From IMG/VR virus record IMGVR_UViG_3300033068_002024, positions 580-64,579 of that record: 64,000 bases of DNA, one strand, 5' to 3'. Both the position numbers and the translations under genes were made by a program. The stretch comes from a virus. This document shows positions 47,851-57,132 of the stretch, in pieces (position 1 is the first letter of the stretch; each line of letters opens with the position of its first letter). The notes below the pieces were generated by a model. It saw nothing but the letters and a program-made list of their open reading frames with translations. It ran no database searches and had not been told where the DNA came from.

Positions 47851-48204
47851 CTACAAAACAGTCTGGACGGTAGCTGGGCCATAGAGCGTGTCAATAGTGC
47901 AAATCACTTGCGCGTTTCGCGTATTTTGATCCACTCCGCTTTTGTAATCGGTCATCTGCTGGAAACCCGGCGTGCCGATGATCCTTTGCTGGATCGCAAG
48001 ATCATAAGAATTAATTGTACCTGCGCCTAATATTTTTGAATTATATTGGGTGCCAGCATACTTATCAAGAAACCACTCCCCTTCAATAAGGCGCAAACGC
48101 GTATCAATAGCTTGTGCAACGGCTTCGGGTTGATCCTTATAGAAGTTACCGTCGCCTTGGCCGAACACATAATCACCGTTTTCATCAAGTCTGCGATATT
48201 TCAT
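47851..48204 (-). CDS. Baseplate wedge/sheath initiator
   Basis: YRRLDENGDYVFG, AVAQAI.TRL.L..GEWFLD, IDTLYG. Confidence 0.8.
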   Translation of the reverse strand: MKYRRLDENGDYVFGQGDGNFYKDQPEAVAQAIDTRLRLIEGEWFLDKYAGTQYNSKILGAGTINSYDLAIQQRIIGTPGFQQMTDYKSGVDQNTRNAQVICTIDTLYGPATVQTVL

Positions 48205-48875
48205 GGCACCTTGCCTCCGGTGTTCCCGCCACCTGTTTGCACGCCGCTATGGCGGTGAATGGTATAGGCTTCGCCATTAATGTACAGCACGCCATTCAAA
48301 TCAATTCTGGCGCCATCTAGCTTTATATTGCCAGATGCTATAGCATCAATGTCCCCTGAAGTTTGAACCCGAACTTTATGGGTTGTTGGATTAATTGTAA
48401 TTACTGCTTGTCCATCGTTGCTTCGCAACTGAGCCTCAGCAGTGGAAACATTTGGGCTTAAAACATTGGGTAAGGATCTTGGTCCCACAAACACAAAACC
48501 ATCGGATAGGTCATGCATCCGAATGCGATCTGGATTTTGGACCCCGCCTTGTTGCCACCAAGTATCAATAGAGCGGTTGGCGAAAACCACAATAGCCTCG
48601 TCGCCTGCTTTGATCGGAAATGTTAAAGTGCAGCCGCCGCCAGATTGGAAAAAGACTGGACAATCAACCAGCAGAGGAAGAGTAATCCATTTTTTTGTTC
48701 CATCTGTGGGGGAGGTATATTGGCAACGAGTAGCCGGCTGAATCGCGCACGTTTCAGTAGCGGGATCAAAAGATTGAACAATGCCTTGCACAGAGGTCCA
48801 TATATCGGCCTGCAAACCTTCGAGCGCTACGAGGAGCGCTGCATTTAATTCGTTTAATCGTTCTTGTCTATCCAT
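48201..48875 (-). CDS. Baseplate central spike
   Basis: LVDCPVFF, RMHDLSDG, C-terminal HRHSGVQTG metal-binding tip. Confidence 0.88.
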   Translation of the reverse strand: MDRQERLNELNAALLVALEGLQADIWTSVQGIVQSFDPATETCAIQPATRCQYTSPTDGTKKWITLPLLVDCPVFFQSGGGCTLTFPIKAGDEAIVVFANRSIDTWWQQGGVQNPDRIRMHDLSDGFVFVGPRSLPNVLSPNVSTAEAQLRSNDGQAVITINPTTHKVRVQTSGDIDAIASGNIKLDGARIDLNGVLYINGEAYTIHRHSGVQTGGGNTGGKVP

Positions 48876-49819
48876 TATTGGGGGCTCACAGATTTATCAC
48901 GAGGCGAGCTTCTATCTACCGCCAAACAAGTAATGTGGCTATACCATGCGTTCCCCCGGGTATCCCCCTCGTGCTCGACAACATATGCCCTATAAAACCC
49001 GTCCGGCGACAGAGGAGCTAAAGGTTGGAAACCTGCCCATTGGTTGAAGGGGATGGGCGCTGCATCTGGATTTTGTTGAAGCAGTTGGACAATTTCGCTA
49101 TTGTTTAAATGCACCAAACCGCCAATGCGGAGACGGCTGTTCAACAAGCATGAGACTTTAATTCCTTCATCAGTTTGTTGAGGAAAACCCACCTGCCCCG
49201 AGGCAATATTAATTTCAACTGCTTCTCCTTCTGCATAACCGGTGTTATCCATAAAAACTACGCGGCCGTTCTGAATCGACCAGCTGGCATCAAGATTTGA
49301 TGCTAGATTGCGCAATCTAGCCCGAGCCATGCCAAATAAAACCGTACCTCGAATGCTCGGGACATGTTGTTTATCAATTAAAAGATTTTCAGTACTAACG
49401 CCTTGACTATCTGGCAAGTCCTTTGCAATCGTTTCAATTGCAGTTAGAGGCGTTTCTCCTTTTGCAATTGTGGCGCTAACAATTCCTTGGTTATAGGATA
49501 TATCTCCATCTGCCGCCAAGATATCTAAAAATGAATCGGTGGAATTAAGTTTCCCAACTTTAAACTGTTTAATAGTGCCTTGGAAAATAACTCCGTAATT
49601 GCCTTGTTCATATCCAGCATTTAAAACTACTTGGCTAAATTCGCCACGAATTTTTTTTACCGTATTTGGCGCAAGGTTATAAACACGAATAACCGCATTG
49701 TTTGGCGATTCTTGATCAGCGTTTTGAACGGAGAACTCGATTTTATAGGCAGATAAATCCAAGCCGTCCTCGCCAGCAAAGACTATCAGCCCTATCTTTC
49801 TTCCGAATTGATTATTCAT
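48875..49819 (-). CDS. Baseplate hub protein
   Basis: IRVYNL, LNAGY, IFQGTI, HEGDTRGNAWY. Confidence 0.8.
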   Translation of the reverse strand: MNNQFGRKIGLIVFAGEDGLDLSAYKIEFSVQNADQESPNNAVIRVYNLAPNTVKKIRGEFSQVVLNAGYEQGNYGVIFQGTIKQFKVGKLNSTDSFLDILAADGDISYNQGIVSATIAKGETPLTAIETIAKDLPDSQGVSTENLLIDKQHVPSIRGTVLFGMARARLRNLASNLDASWSIQNGRVVFMDNTGYAEGEAVEINIASGQVGFPQQTDEGIKVSCLLNSRLRIGGLVHLNNSEIVQLLQQNPDAAPIPFNQWAGFQPLAPLSPDGFYRAYVVEHEGDTRGNAWYSHITCLAVDRSSPRDKSVSPQ

Positions 49820-50124
49820 GGGGTTATAAAATACAAATGCGAGAGAGTGCCCAAATTTTCATAAGTTGCTTCTTCATCTGGAGCTCCGTCGGTTTGCAGC
49901 ACCAATTTTCCTCCCAAATTAAGGTAGCTATAAGGCGCAAGGAGGTCGCTATTGGCCACCAGCGGAATACTGCGGATAATCGGCGTTCCGTCATTGCTGC
50001 TGAGCCCCAATGTCCACAAATTGGAAATACTGTTGAAAGTCAAATCGCACTGATACGTAATGCCAGCCAATTGAATGGAAAAAGTCTGTGCTTCTGGGGA
50101 TAAGGGGATCTCGTATGTTGCCAT
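49816..50124 (-). CDS. Small baseplate protein
   Basis: YEIPL..Q.F.IQL, IPLV...DLL; position in the module. Confidence 0.7.
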   Translation of the reverse strand: MATYEIPLSPEAQTFSIQLAGITYQCDLTFNSISNLWTLGLSSNDGTPIIRSIPLVANSDLLAPYSYLNLGGKLVLQTDGAPDEEATYENLGTLSHLYFITP

Positions 50125-50855
50125 TACCAAAGCGCCTTCAAGTTTGGCATCCAGATCGGTTTGCTCGGGAGCGCAGATTTAATACCGTTGCTTATTGATG
50201 ACGCAGTCTCAGCCGGGTTTACTTGAACATCTTTAATCAGCGAAACAGCTTGAGTATTGACAATAATAACCTGTTTGCAAAGAACAGTTGCAAAGAAAGC
50301 ATTTTCGGTTTTGTAGTCGTTTGGGCTACTGATGATTTTAATCATCATGTTAGTGTACATCCGCTTTCCGGTGTACAAATCAAAAATTGCCTTTGCCGAT
50401 TGAAGCTGGCGCAGTTTGTTATAGATATCGACCATTTGGCCAACGGCAGTTCCGTTGAGAGAGGCTTGAATATCGCGAGTAAGAGAGACCGCGCCGGAAA
50501 TGATTCCCGCTGCATTAGAAATGGCTCTTGCAGTTTCATTATTAGCGGTAATGGCCCCCACTCCGGCAGCTATCAGTCCGCTGTCTTTGTTAGGGCTATT
50601 TGACCAGCCAAGGTACAGCGCAATTTCCGCCGGGCGGCTATACGCATGATCAGAAATTGGAGCGCCCTGTTCTAGAGGATGCTCTGTGATTTCAATTTCA
50701 TCGTGGTAGTTTTCTTCAATAGTTGCATGAGCGATGATATCATCGGAAGTAGTGCCATTCGCGTTTTGAATGTTAAAGAAACCTCGCTTGGGCTTAACCA
50801 AAATCGATTGAAGCCCAATCTGGATTCCTGCCTGTACAAAACCAGTATAGCTCAT
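50124..50855 (-). CDS. Tail tube initiator/Dit-like protein
   Basis: EITEHPLEQGAPISDHAY, TGKRMYTNM; follows the TMP. Confidence 0.75.
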   Translation of the reverse strand: MSYTGFVQAGIQIGLQSILVKPKRGFFNIQNANGTTSDDIIAHATIEENYHDEIEITEHPLEQGAPISDHAYSRPAEIALYLGWSNSPNKDSGLIAAGVGAITANNETARAISNAAGIISGAVSLTRDIQASLNGTAVGQMVDIYNKLRQLQSAKAIFDLYTGKRMYTNMMIKIISSPNDYKTENAFFATVLCKQVIIVNTQAVSLIKDVQVNPAETASSISNGIKSALPSKPIWMPNLKALW

Positions 50856-52348
50856 TTCAATGGCGTCCGAAGATTTCTTACCAAGTCGGCATTAGCGCGC
50901 CCCTGACCTTTTTCAACTTCCGAAGCAACTCTGCGCGGGCTCTCGCTTCCATTAACATTGATTTCGGTTTTAGCGTGGACATTAATCGTTTGGCCAGCCG
51001 CACCCCCAAGCCGAGCCGCATTTGCACTTTGCAAAGCTTGACCGTATTTACTTTGCTCAATACCGGCTTTAATGTCATCATAATTAACCCATGCGCTTCC
51101 CTGTTCTTTCTTGGCAATAGCGGCCATCACCTTGGCCATTTGATCAGGGTCGCTTTCAATGTTTAAAGGCTGGTCGCGCTTCGTTTGAAGCCATGCTTCA
51201 AGATCGCGAATATATTGCTCAGTATTATTTTCCTTTTTTCCGTTTACAGTTGACGGAGCATATTTTGAAACAATGCCTTCAATAGTATTCAAATGGTCTC
51301 TGGTGGCGTACAAATTAAGTTGATTGGCAAGGGCAGCATATCCTTGCCGCATATTGCCAAAGGATGCAAAGCGCCCTTCGCCTTTTTCCCTAGTTGCTCC
51401 AGCTTGCCCAGCATATTCTAGATTACCCGGATTATTGTTACGCATGCCGCGCGGATGAAGCTTTTCATCAATCCATTCTTTAGTTTTGACAGAGGTATCT
51501 TTAATTAACCCTGCTGCAATTCCAAACTTACTTTTCTTTACAAAATCCGGCGTGAGAGTATCGCCAAGAGCGTCTAAAGTATATTTATCAATAATGACCG
51601 GAGTTTTGCCATTAATGATCTTTGTCCAAGTAGTAATTGCTTTTAAAATATAATTGGTGGTTTCTTTAAAAAAGGGTTGAAGCGCCACCAAAGCAGATTG
51701 CCCAAGGACAGAGAGCCGTGCTTGAAGTTCATCCAAGGCAGCAGTGTATTCAAGCAGCGTCTTTTTCGCTGCATCCGGGTCAAGACCGGTATCGCTGTAG
51801 ATGCTGAGCATTTCTTTTTTCTTTGCACTTATCTCATCCATGTGGTTAATCATTTGATGGTAAGTGTCTGGGTCGATCCCAAATAAACCTGCGTACTGCG
51901 CTCCAGCAAATTCAGGCATCTTACTCAAAGCCCGAACATAATCCTCCATCACATCGCTAACGTCGCGTCCTTCAACTTGAATTCCAAAACTTTCAACCAA
52001 GCCTTGCAAACCCGGGTTAAGCCGCATAGCCTGCGCCATATTGTGGATAGCGGCCCCCATTGCCTCCCCTTCAATGCCAAACTGTTTGCCCGCATACTGG
52101 AGAGCTTTTATGTTTTTAACAGAGGATTGCGCGAGCTCCGACTCAAAATATACTTTGCGCATCGAATACGCAAACGCAACAGACGCGGATTCAACAGACG
52201 CGATCAGCCCCATTACCGCAGTTCCGGTACGGAAGAGCTTTTTGTCCACAGAGGTGAGGGTTTCTTCGAACTTGCGCTCAGAGACCGCGTCGACCGCATA
52301 GCCGAGCTTTACAAGATATTCTTGGAGGACTTCGGAGCTGCCTAACAT
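50852..52348 (-). CDS. Tape measure protein with a C-terminal lysozyme-like domain
   Basis: EYLVKLGY N-terminus; RGMRNNNPGNL...KYAP...ENNT..Y. Confidence 0.85.
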   Translation of the reverse strand: MLGSSEVLQEYLVKLGYAVDAVSERKFEETLTSVDKKLFRTGTAVMGLIASVESASVAFAYSMRKVYFESELAQSSVKNIKALQYAGKQFGIEGEAMGAAIHNMAQAMRLNPGLQGLVESFGIQVEGRDVSDVMEDYVRALSKMPEFAGAQYAGLFGIDPDTYHQMINHMDEISAKKKEMLSIYSDTGLDPDAAKKTLLEYTAALDELQARLSVLGQSALVALQPFFKETTNYILKAITTWTKIINGKTPVIIDKYTLDALGDTLTPDFVKKSKFGIAAGLIKDTSVKTKEWIDEKLHPRGMRNNNPGNLEYAGQAGATREKGEGRFASFGNMRQGYAALANQLNLYATRDHLNTIEGIVSKYAPSTVNGKKENNTEQYIRDLEAWLQTKRDQPLNIESDPDQMAKVMAAIAKKEQGSAWVNYDDIKAGIEQSKYGQALQSANAARLGGAAGQTINVHAKTEINVNGSESPRRVASEVEKGQGRANADLVRNLRTPLK

Positions 52349-52351
52349 AAA

Positions 52352-52510
52352 TCACTCCTCGGAAAGCCTTCTTTGGTTTTCAGCTTCCACGTCCAATGCC
52401 TCGTTCATTTTTGCTATGTGCATTAGACTTAAAGAGCCGTCAAGGAGGGATTCAAATTTGCACATGCCTCTCGTCACCGGACGCAATAGCCAGTCTTCTT
52501 CGCTGGCCAT
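52352..52510 (-). CDS. Tail assembly chaperone, C-terminal (frameshift) segment
   Basis: Hand translation MASEEDWLLRPVTRGMCKFESLLDGSLSLMHIAKMNEALD...; in the -1 frame relative to the upstream chaperone. Confidence 0.75.
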   Translation of the reverse strand: MASEEDWLLRPVTRGMCKFESLLDGSLSLMHIAKMNEALDVEAENQRRLSEE

Positions 52511-52521
52511 CGTTGCAAGGA

Positions 52522-52932
52522 TTACTCCGGATCCTTTGCCTTTGCTTGTTTGTCCAAAGTGTCGAGGGCTGTACGAAAAAAATCGCCAAGGTTCTCTTCG
52601 ATGACTTCGAGGGTTAGCTTCAGAAGGTCTGCTAGCTCAATGTCGTCATACATGAGGCTGTCTTTAACAAAGACAGGCGCGGGATGGCCAGTTTCATCAA
52701 CTCGAAGAACAACGCCGAGGCACTGCTTCATGATGAATTCGCTATCCGCATCGCTAACATGCGACAGCATAATCACCGTCAGCAAAGTGCGATCCTTGTC
52801 TTTGTTTTTCAGCGCAACCAAACCCTCCACTACTGGGATAGCTGGGGCCAACTTACGACTGATCTTGAGCTTTGTAAAAGCGTCCAGCTTGCCCGAAGTG
52901 AAGTATTTGATTCCGCCAATTTCCTCGTGCAT
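52522..52932 (-). CDS. Tail assembly chaperone
   Basis: Between tube and TMP; ends ENLGDFF with a T7 slippery run. Confidence 0.8.
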   Translation of the reverse strand: MHEEIGGIKYFTSGKLDAFTKLKISRKLAPAIPVVEGLVALKNKDKDRTLLTVIMLSHVSDADSEFIMKQCLGVVLRVDETGHPAPVFVKDSLMYDDIELADLLKLTLEVIEENLGDFFRTALDTLDKQAKAKDPE

Positions 52933-52936
52933 CTAA

Positions 52937-53380
52937 TTAACCCCCGGAGCCCAGAACTGGGTCCATTTTGCCAATGTTGAAGGTCCATTCGACCATGCCG
53001 CCATCTTTGGCGTAGCCGAGGTCCGGAATTCGTTTGAACGCGCACAGCCGGCAAGTAATAAGATCGCCGAGCTGGTTGTTCGAAAGCGAAATGGTATTCC
53101 GCCCGAAAGTTGCGCTTGAGGCACGTTGGAGCTGTGCCATCTGCATGAGCTTTTGATTTACCGGCGAAGTCTTCAGCAGGCGAACGGTTGCCGTGCCGCT
53201 GCCGTTGGCATATAGCGAATGCATTGGCGTACCGTCGGCAGCAATATCCATTTTGCCCATATCTTCGCTCGGGGCAAAGGTAATGCCTTCATCTGTCGGC
53301 GCGGCTCCTTGGCCAATATTGATTGAACCGCCGGGGCCGGTGATGGAGCAGTTGTTATCTAAAAAAGAGTAAGTGCTCAT
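52937..53380 (-). CDS. Tail tube protein (DUF3277-like)
   Basis: TYSF.D, EGIT, ADG..MHSL, LLKTSPVN, EWTF. Confidence 0.85.
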   Translation of the reverse strand: MSTYSFLDNNCSITGPGGSINIGQGAAPTDEGITFAPSEDMGKMDIAADGTPMHSLYANGSGTATVRLLKTSPVNQKLMQMAQLQRASSATFGRNTISLSNNQLGDLITCRLCAFKRIPDLGYAKDGGMVEWTFNIGKMDPVLGSGG

Positions 53381-53392
53381 TGGTCAAGCCTC

Positions 53393-55204
53393 TTAGCGGT
53401 TGACGTTAACAATCACGTCGATAGTGTGAATGGCTCCGGCCAGCTTGGCCGCAACTTGGAAGGCGACCGATTTACGGGCCGCGCGATCAGCAACTGGCTG
53501 CAATGCAACCGGCGGCGCATAAACGTAAAAACCAGCAGGCATGAAGTCGCCAGTGTTAAGCGAACCGATTGGGCCAGAAGTCCAAACCCCCGGAGCCAGC
53601 AAGCCATTGTTAACCGCTTGCGAACAGCGATTCATGATGACGGTTGCCAGCGTATGGTTTCCATCATCGGTTTGCGGGATTTTTGTTGGCGACAGATAGA
53701 GCGCATTATAAAGGTCGGTTTGGATGGCGAGCGCCAGCCAGTCTGTGCCGAATACTTCATCGCACCAGTTGCCGCTGGACATAACTCCCGGTTCGATGAT
53801 TGCGGTGTCGTTGGAGTATTCGACGAACACGTTGCAATTGTTGCCTTTGAGCGCCGCCATCTGGTTGGAATCGAGGCTTTCCGGTACAATGCCCGGCTCT
53901 TGTTTGTACATGAGCGTAATAACGGAATTGTTGGCCGCATAATTTGTGGTCATGATGCGAGCCATGAGCGAGCAAACCGCATAAGGCGTTTTGCTCGAAT
54001 ACTGCACAACTGTTTTCTTGTACTTGGCTTGTTTGAGCAGGTATGCGACGTTGGTGGTATCCGATGCTACCAGCACGCCGCCTTCTTGAGTAGTGACACC
54101 TTGCACATGCTTGTTCACGCTGCTTTCGACTGCCGGAGCGATTGCCAGAATATCATCGTTGGTGGCGCCCAGAGCAAAGACGCCATACCATTTCTGACCG
54201 TATTTCAAGTCGAAGCGCAATTCGCATTGAACTGCGGTCTCTGCAAGGGCGCCTTGGGCCACGTATGCGCCAGACGAAGCTTGGGTAGCATTGACCATGC
54301 CCGAGATATCGGTCGCCGAGCCACCGGACAGTGTGGCGCCGGATACCGTAATGTTTGCCCCAGCTTTGGCAATGGTCAGCGCATTGCCGCCAGCGCCAGT
54401 GGTAGCCGAGTAAACGTAAAAATAATTGTCGACCACAGTGTAGCGGAATTTAACTAATTGCACATCTTGCGAGGCGGTGGCGAAAGTGCGGAGGTTTGCC
54501 AAAGTCTCGTTCAGGTTGGCTCCAATCAGGACTTGGTTGCCAACCGGCGCTCCTGCGACAAAAGTGATCGCGGTGCCATTGAGAGTGATGCTGTCGTTCG
54601 AAGCCGGTTGATTGGAAAAGTTAAACGAGCCGGATGCGGTTGGTGCAGATATAAACGAAACCGAAGAAGCTTCGCCGGTGGCGCCGGAATCGATTTCGAA
54701 TCGTTGATAGGTGCCGTTGTAAAGGGCGGTTGCTCCAAAACTCTTAGCCGAGAGGGCTGTTTGGATCAGAAGCGCAGCGTTATTCAGATTGGTGCTGGCG
54801 CCGAAGTTTAGGCCGGTGATTGACAGCGGCACGTTGTTCATCAGCATGAAGAACCCGCCAGCCGTTACTGCATTCCAGTTGGAAATCAGTTGCTGGTTCG
54901 CCATGAGGATGGCACCGACTAAGCGCGCCTTGGTTGCCGTTTTTGCCCAGCGGCCGACCATGATTTGTTTCGGACGAGGCGTTTGTTCGAACCAGAGGAC
55001 CGACGCTTTATAGGCGGGGTCTTGATCGCCGAGCGCCTGAGCAACTTCTGCGTCTCCGGGGAAGAGGCGATATTGCTCGGTCATGTCGATTGCCGGATTA
55101 TCCGACAGCAACAGCAGAGTAGAAATGTCTTGAGCCTGAGCCGCTTGCGGCTCCAGATTGATCGTTACGGCAATGAGGCGGGAAATTGGAAGCACGGCGC
55201 TCAT
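53393..55204 (-). CDS. Tail sheath protein (DUF3383-like)
   Basis: FEQTPRP...GRW, TLMYKQEPG, GTDWL, KIPQTDDG, AGAIH. Confidence 0.92.
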   Translation of the reverse strand: MSAVLPISRLIAVTINLEPQAAQAQDISTLLLLSDNPAIDMTEQYRLFPGDAEVAQALGDQDPAYKASVLWFEQTPRPKQIMVGRWAKTATKARLVGAILMANQQLISNWNAVTAGGFFMLMNNVPLSITGLNFGASTNLNNAALLIQTALSAKSFGATALYNGTYQRFEIDSGATGEASSVSFISAPTASGSFNFSNQPASNDSITLNGTAITFVAGAPVGNQVLIGANLNETLANLRTFATASQDVQLVKFRYTVVDNYFYVYSATTGAGGNALTIAKAGANITVSGATLSGGSATDISGMVNATQASSGAYVAQGALAETAVQCELRFDLKYGQKWYGVFALGATNDDILAIAPAVESSVNKHVQGVTTQEGGVLVASDTTNVAYLLKQAKYKKTVVQYSSKTPYAVCSLMARIMTTNYAANNSVITLMYKQEPGIVPESLDSNQMAALKGNNCNVFVEYSNDTAIIEPGVMSSGNWCDEVFGTDWLALAIQTDLYNALYLSPTKIPQTDDGNHTLATVIMNRCSQAVNNGLLAPGVWTSGPIGSLNTGDFMPAGFYVYAPPVALQPVADRAARKSVAFQVAAKLAGAIHTIDVIVNVNR

Positions 55205-55207
55205 GGA

Positions 55208-55804
55208 CTATTCCTCTTCAACGGAAAGTTGGGTTTCGTATTTTTCATTGTTGAGAACGCCATGCGCAGAAGCTATTGTCTCAACGCCGTACTTGCGAAT
55301 GACCTGACGTTTAATGATCATTTCCATATCGCAACGGTTGTACCATTGCGCTTTTAAAAATTCTGGAAACTGAACAATTCTTCCAGTTTCTTTCAAGCCC
55401 ATTGCGTTCAGGGATAGGAATTCGCGGTTCTGCGCAATTTGCATCCCATCCCGAAGCTTTTGCATGTAGCCTCTTGCCTTCGGACCATAAGCAGTCAAAA
55501 GGAATCTAATTTCTTCGTGCCGCCGCAGTTCATTATAGCTATTAGCGCCAGCGACATGCAATTCGGCACCATAGGTATCAGGATCACTTTCCTTAATACA
55601 AAAGCTTATCCAATCAACGCTACTAGGCGGAATATTGGCAGGTTCTGTTTGCGGCTTAGCCGGTCTGACCATAGTTTCCGGCAATTCTACGAGAGCAACG
55701 AGCCACGGCTGCAAAAAACGCAGCAGCTCATCATCTTCGAGAACCGGATGATTGGGATCATTTAGCGGGGTTAAAATATCGCCAGTGGCACTCGAGGTTG
55801 CCAT
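55208..55804 (-). CDS. Tail terminator/neck protein
   Basis: Position before the sheath; RRHEE...YGP.A, QNRE.L. Confidence 0.7.
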   Translation of the reverse strand: MATSSATGDILTPLNDPNHPVLEDDELLRFLQPWLVALVELPETMVRPAKPQTEPANIPPSSVDWISFCIKESDPDTYGAELHVAGANSYNELRRHEEIRFLLTAYGPKARGYMQKLRDGMQIAQNREFLSLNAMGLKETGRIVQFPEFLKAQWYNRCDMEMIIKRQVIRKYGVETIASAHGVLNNEKYETQLSVEEE

Positions 55805-55805
55805 G

Positions 55806-56135
55806 TCACCACTCTCTCGCGGTATAGGCGTCGCCGCCTTGACCCATTATTGAAATAGCGTTGGTCGTAACGCCATAACCCAACGGCGGAAAAAATTCAC
55901 CCGGGTTAATAACAAAAGATCCTGCTCCAATCGCAGCGTTCCCCACGTCACTCAGGTACATTGGCGACTGCCCGCAATTTTGCAACAGATAACCAGAACG
56001 ACCCGGATTGGGCTGAATTGCAATTTGGGAAGATCCAGAAGTATTAATTGTGCCAGACGAATCGCGCAAAGATTCTTGCCCTTGTATAACCGCGCGTTGC
56101 TGGTTGCCATTGGCATCTAAAACATCAATAAGCAT
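55806..56135 (-). CDS. Putative virion protein
   Basis: Beta-rich coupled ORF in the neck module. Confidence 0.55.
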   Translation of the reverse strand: MLIDVLDANGNQQRAVIQGQESLRDSSGTINTSGSSQIAIQPNPGRSGYLLQNCGQSPMYLSDVGNAAIGAGSFVINPGEFFPPLGYGVTTNAISIMGQGGDAYTAREW

Positions 56136-56602
56136 TAGAAAAGCCTCATAAGTGGGATATAACCCGAATTAACTGGAGTATTGAAAGCTAATTGTGGCGG
56201 GTTATCATCTGGAAGAAAAACGCCGTCCACCGCTTCAATACTATGACAAATTGTTTCATAAAACCCGGGGCCAAATTGCGGGTAAGGGTTAATGCTCATA
56301 ACGACGAAGTTGCTTCCTCTCCACTGAACTACATCCGGCTTGAAACTTTGGCCATTAAAAATCGACTCGCCGCGAAGCGGAAAATTGCTGATAACTGAAA
56401 TAGCGAACGCGGTAATATCAAATTTTTGATCGCGATGCAATTCATTATCCGAAACTGTAACCACCCCAATCACTTGTGGATATACGCTGGTAATTACTTT
56501 CGATTCGCCAAAGTTATTGATGATTTCTTTGCGACGAACGACTTTAAAGTGGTCCGTGAAATCAGGATCGTTTAAAATTTCATGTACGCTAATTAGAGCC
56601 AT
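56135..56602 (-). CDS. Head closure protein
   Basis: L.DPDF.D.F.V.R, PDVVQWRG..F.V; position. Confidence 0.7.
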   Translation of the reverse strand: MALISVHEILNDPDFTDHFKVVRRKEIINNFGESKVITSVYPQVIGVVTVSDNELHRDQKFDITAFAISVISNFPLRGESIFNGQSFKPDVVQWRGSNFVVMSINPYPQFGPGFYETICHSIEAVDGVFLPDDNPPQLAFNTPVNSGYIPLMRLF

Positions 56603-56603
56603 T

Positions 56604-57131
56604 TCATCGTTTCCGGGTCACATAGGTAACCGCATTTCGCATTTGAGCTGTAACCACAAGGGGTTTGATTGTTTCAAAGCCGCGTCTTTTCCTATCTGCA
56701 ATGGTAGCCGGAGCAAGCGGAGGCGGAGGCCCTTCATTTATTCTTTTGCGAATTGACTCCTGAGCAGTTATCCCAGCCGCATTGTACGCAATATTTGGAG
56801 CATCTTCGTTTCCAGACAATACTCCTTTGGCTCCCGCCTTGAAAATATTAATGATGCGCCCCTTGACAGCTTGAATACCAGGATTCATTACGGGGCGCGC
56901 TGGTATGCCTGCCGCTGCTGAACCATTGTCATGAATGTACAACAGCGCTGCGTTGTTGATATTTTCTTTTTGCGGTGGCCCGATAAAATTTTCTTCTTCA
57001 AGAGTTTGTTTTCTACCGGCCTTTTCGTTTGGAACGCCAACATAAACATCGCGGTCGGTTAGCTGATTAAAAGTGCGTCTCACCTTTGGCAAGTTATCGA
57101 TAATTTTTTTGATTCCCCATTTGCTGGCCAT
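56604..57131 (-). CDS. Neck/tail completion protein
   Basis: VYVGVP, IHDNGS...IPARP, PLAPATIA.R...KPL..T.QMRN. Confidence 0.8.
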   Translation of the reverse strand: MASKWGIKKIIDNLPKVRRTFNQLTDRDVYVGVPNEKAGRKQTLEEENFIGPPQKENINNAALLYIHDNGSAAAGIPARPVMNPGIQAVKGRIINIFKAGAKGVLSGNEDAPNIAYNAAGITAQESIRKRINEGPPPPLAPATIADRKRRGFETIKPLVVTAQMRNAVTYVTRKR

Positions 57132-57132
57132 G

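Noticed and set aside
53426-54457. 343-aa plus-strand ORF
   Set aside because: Antisense shadow of the tail sheath gene.
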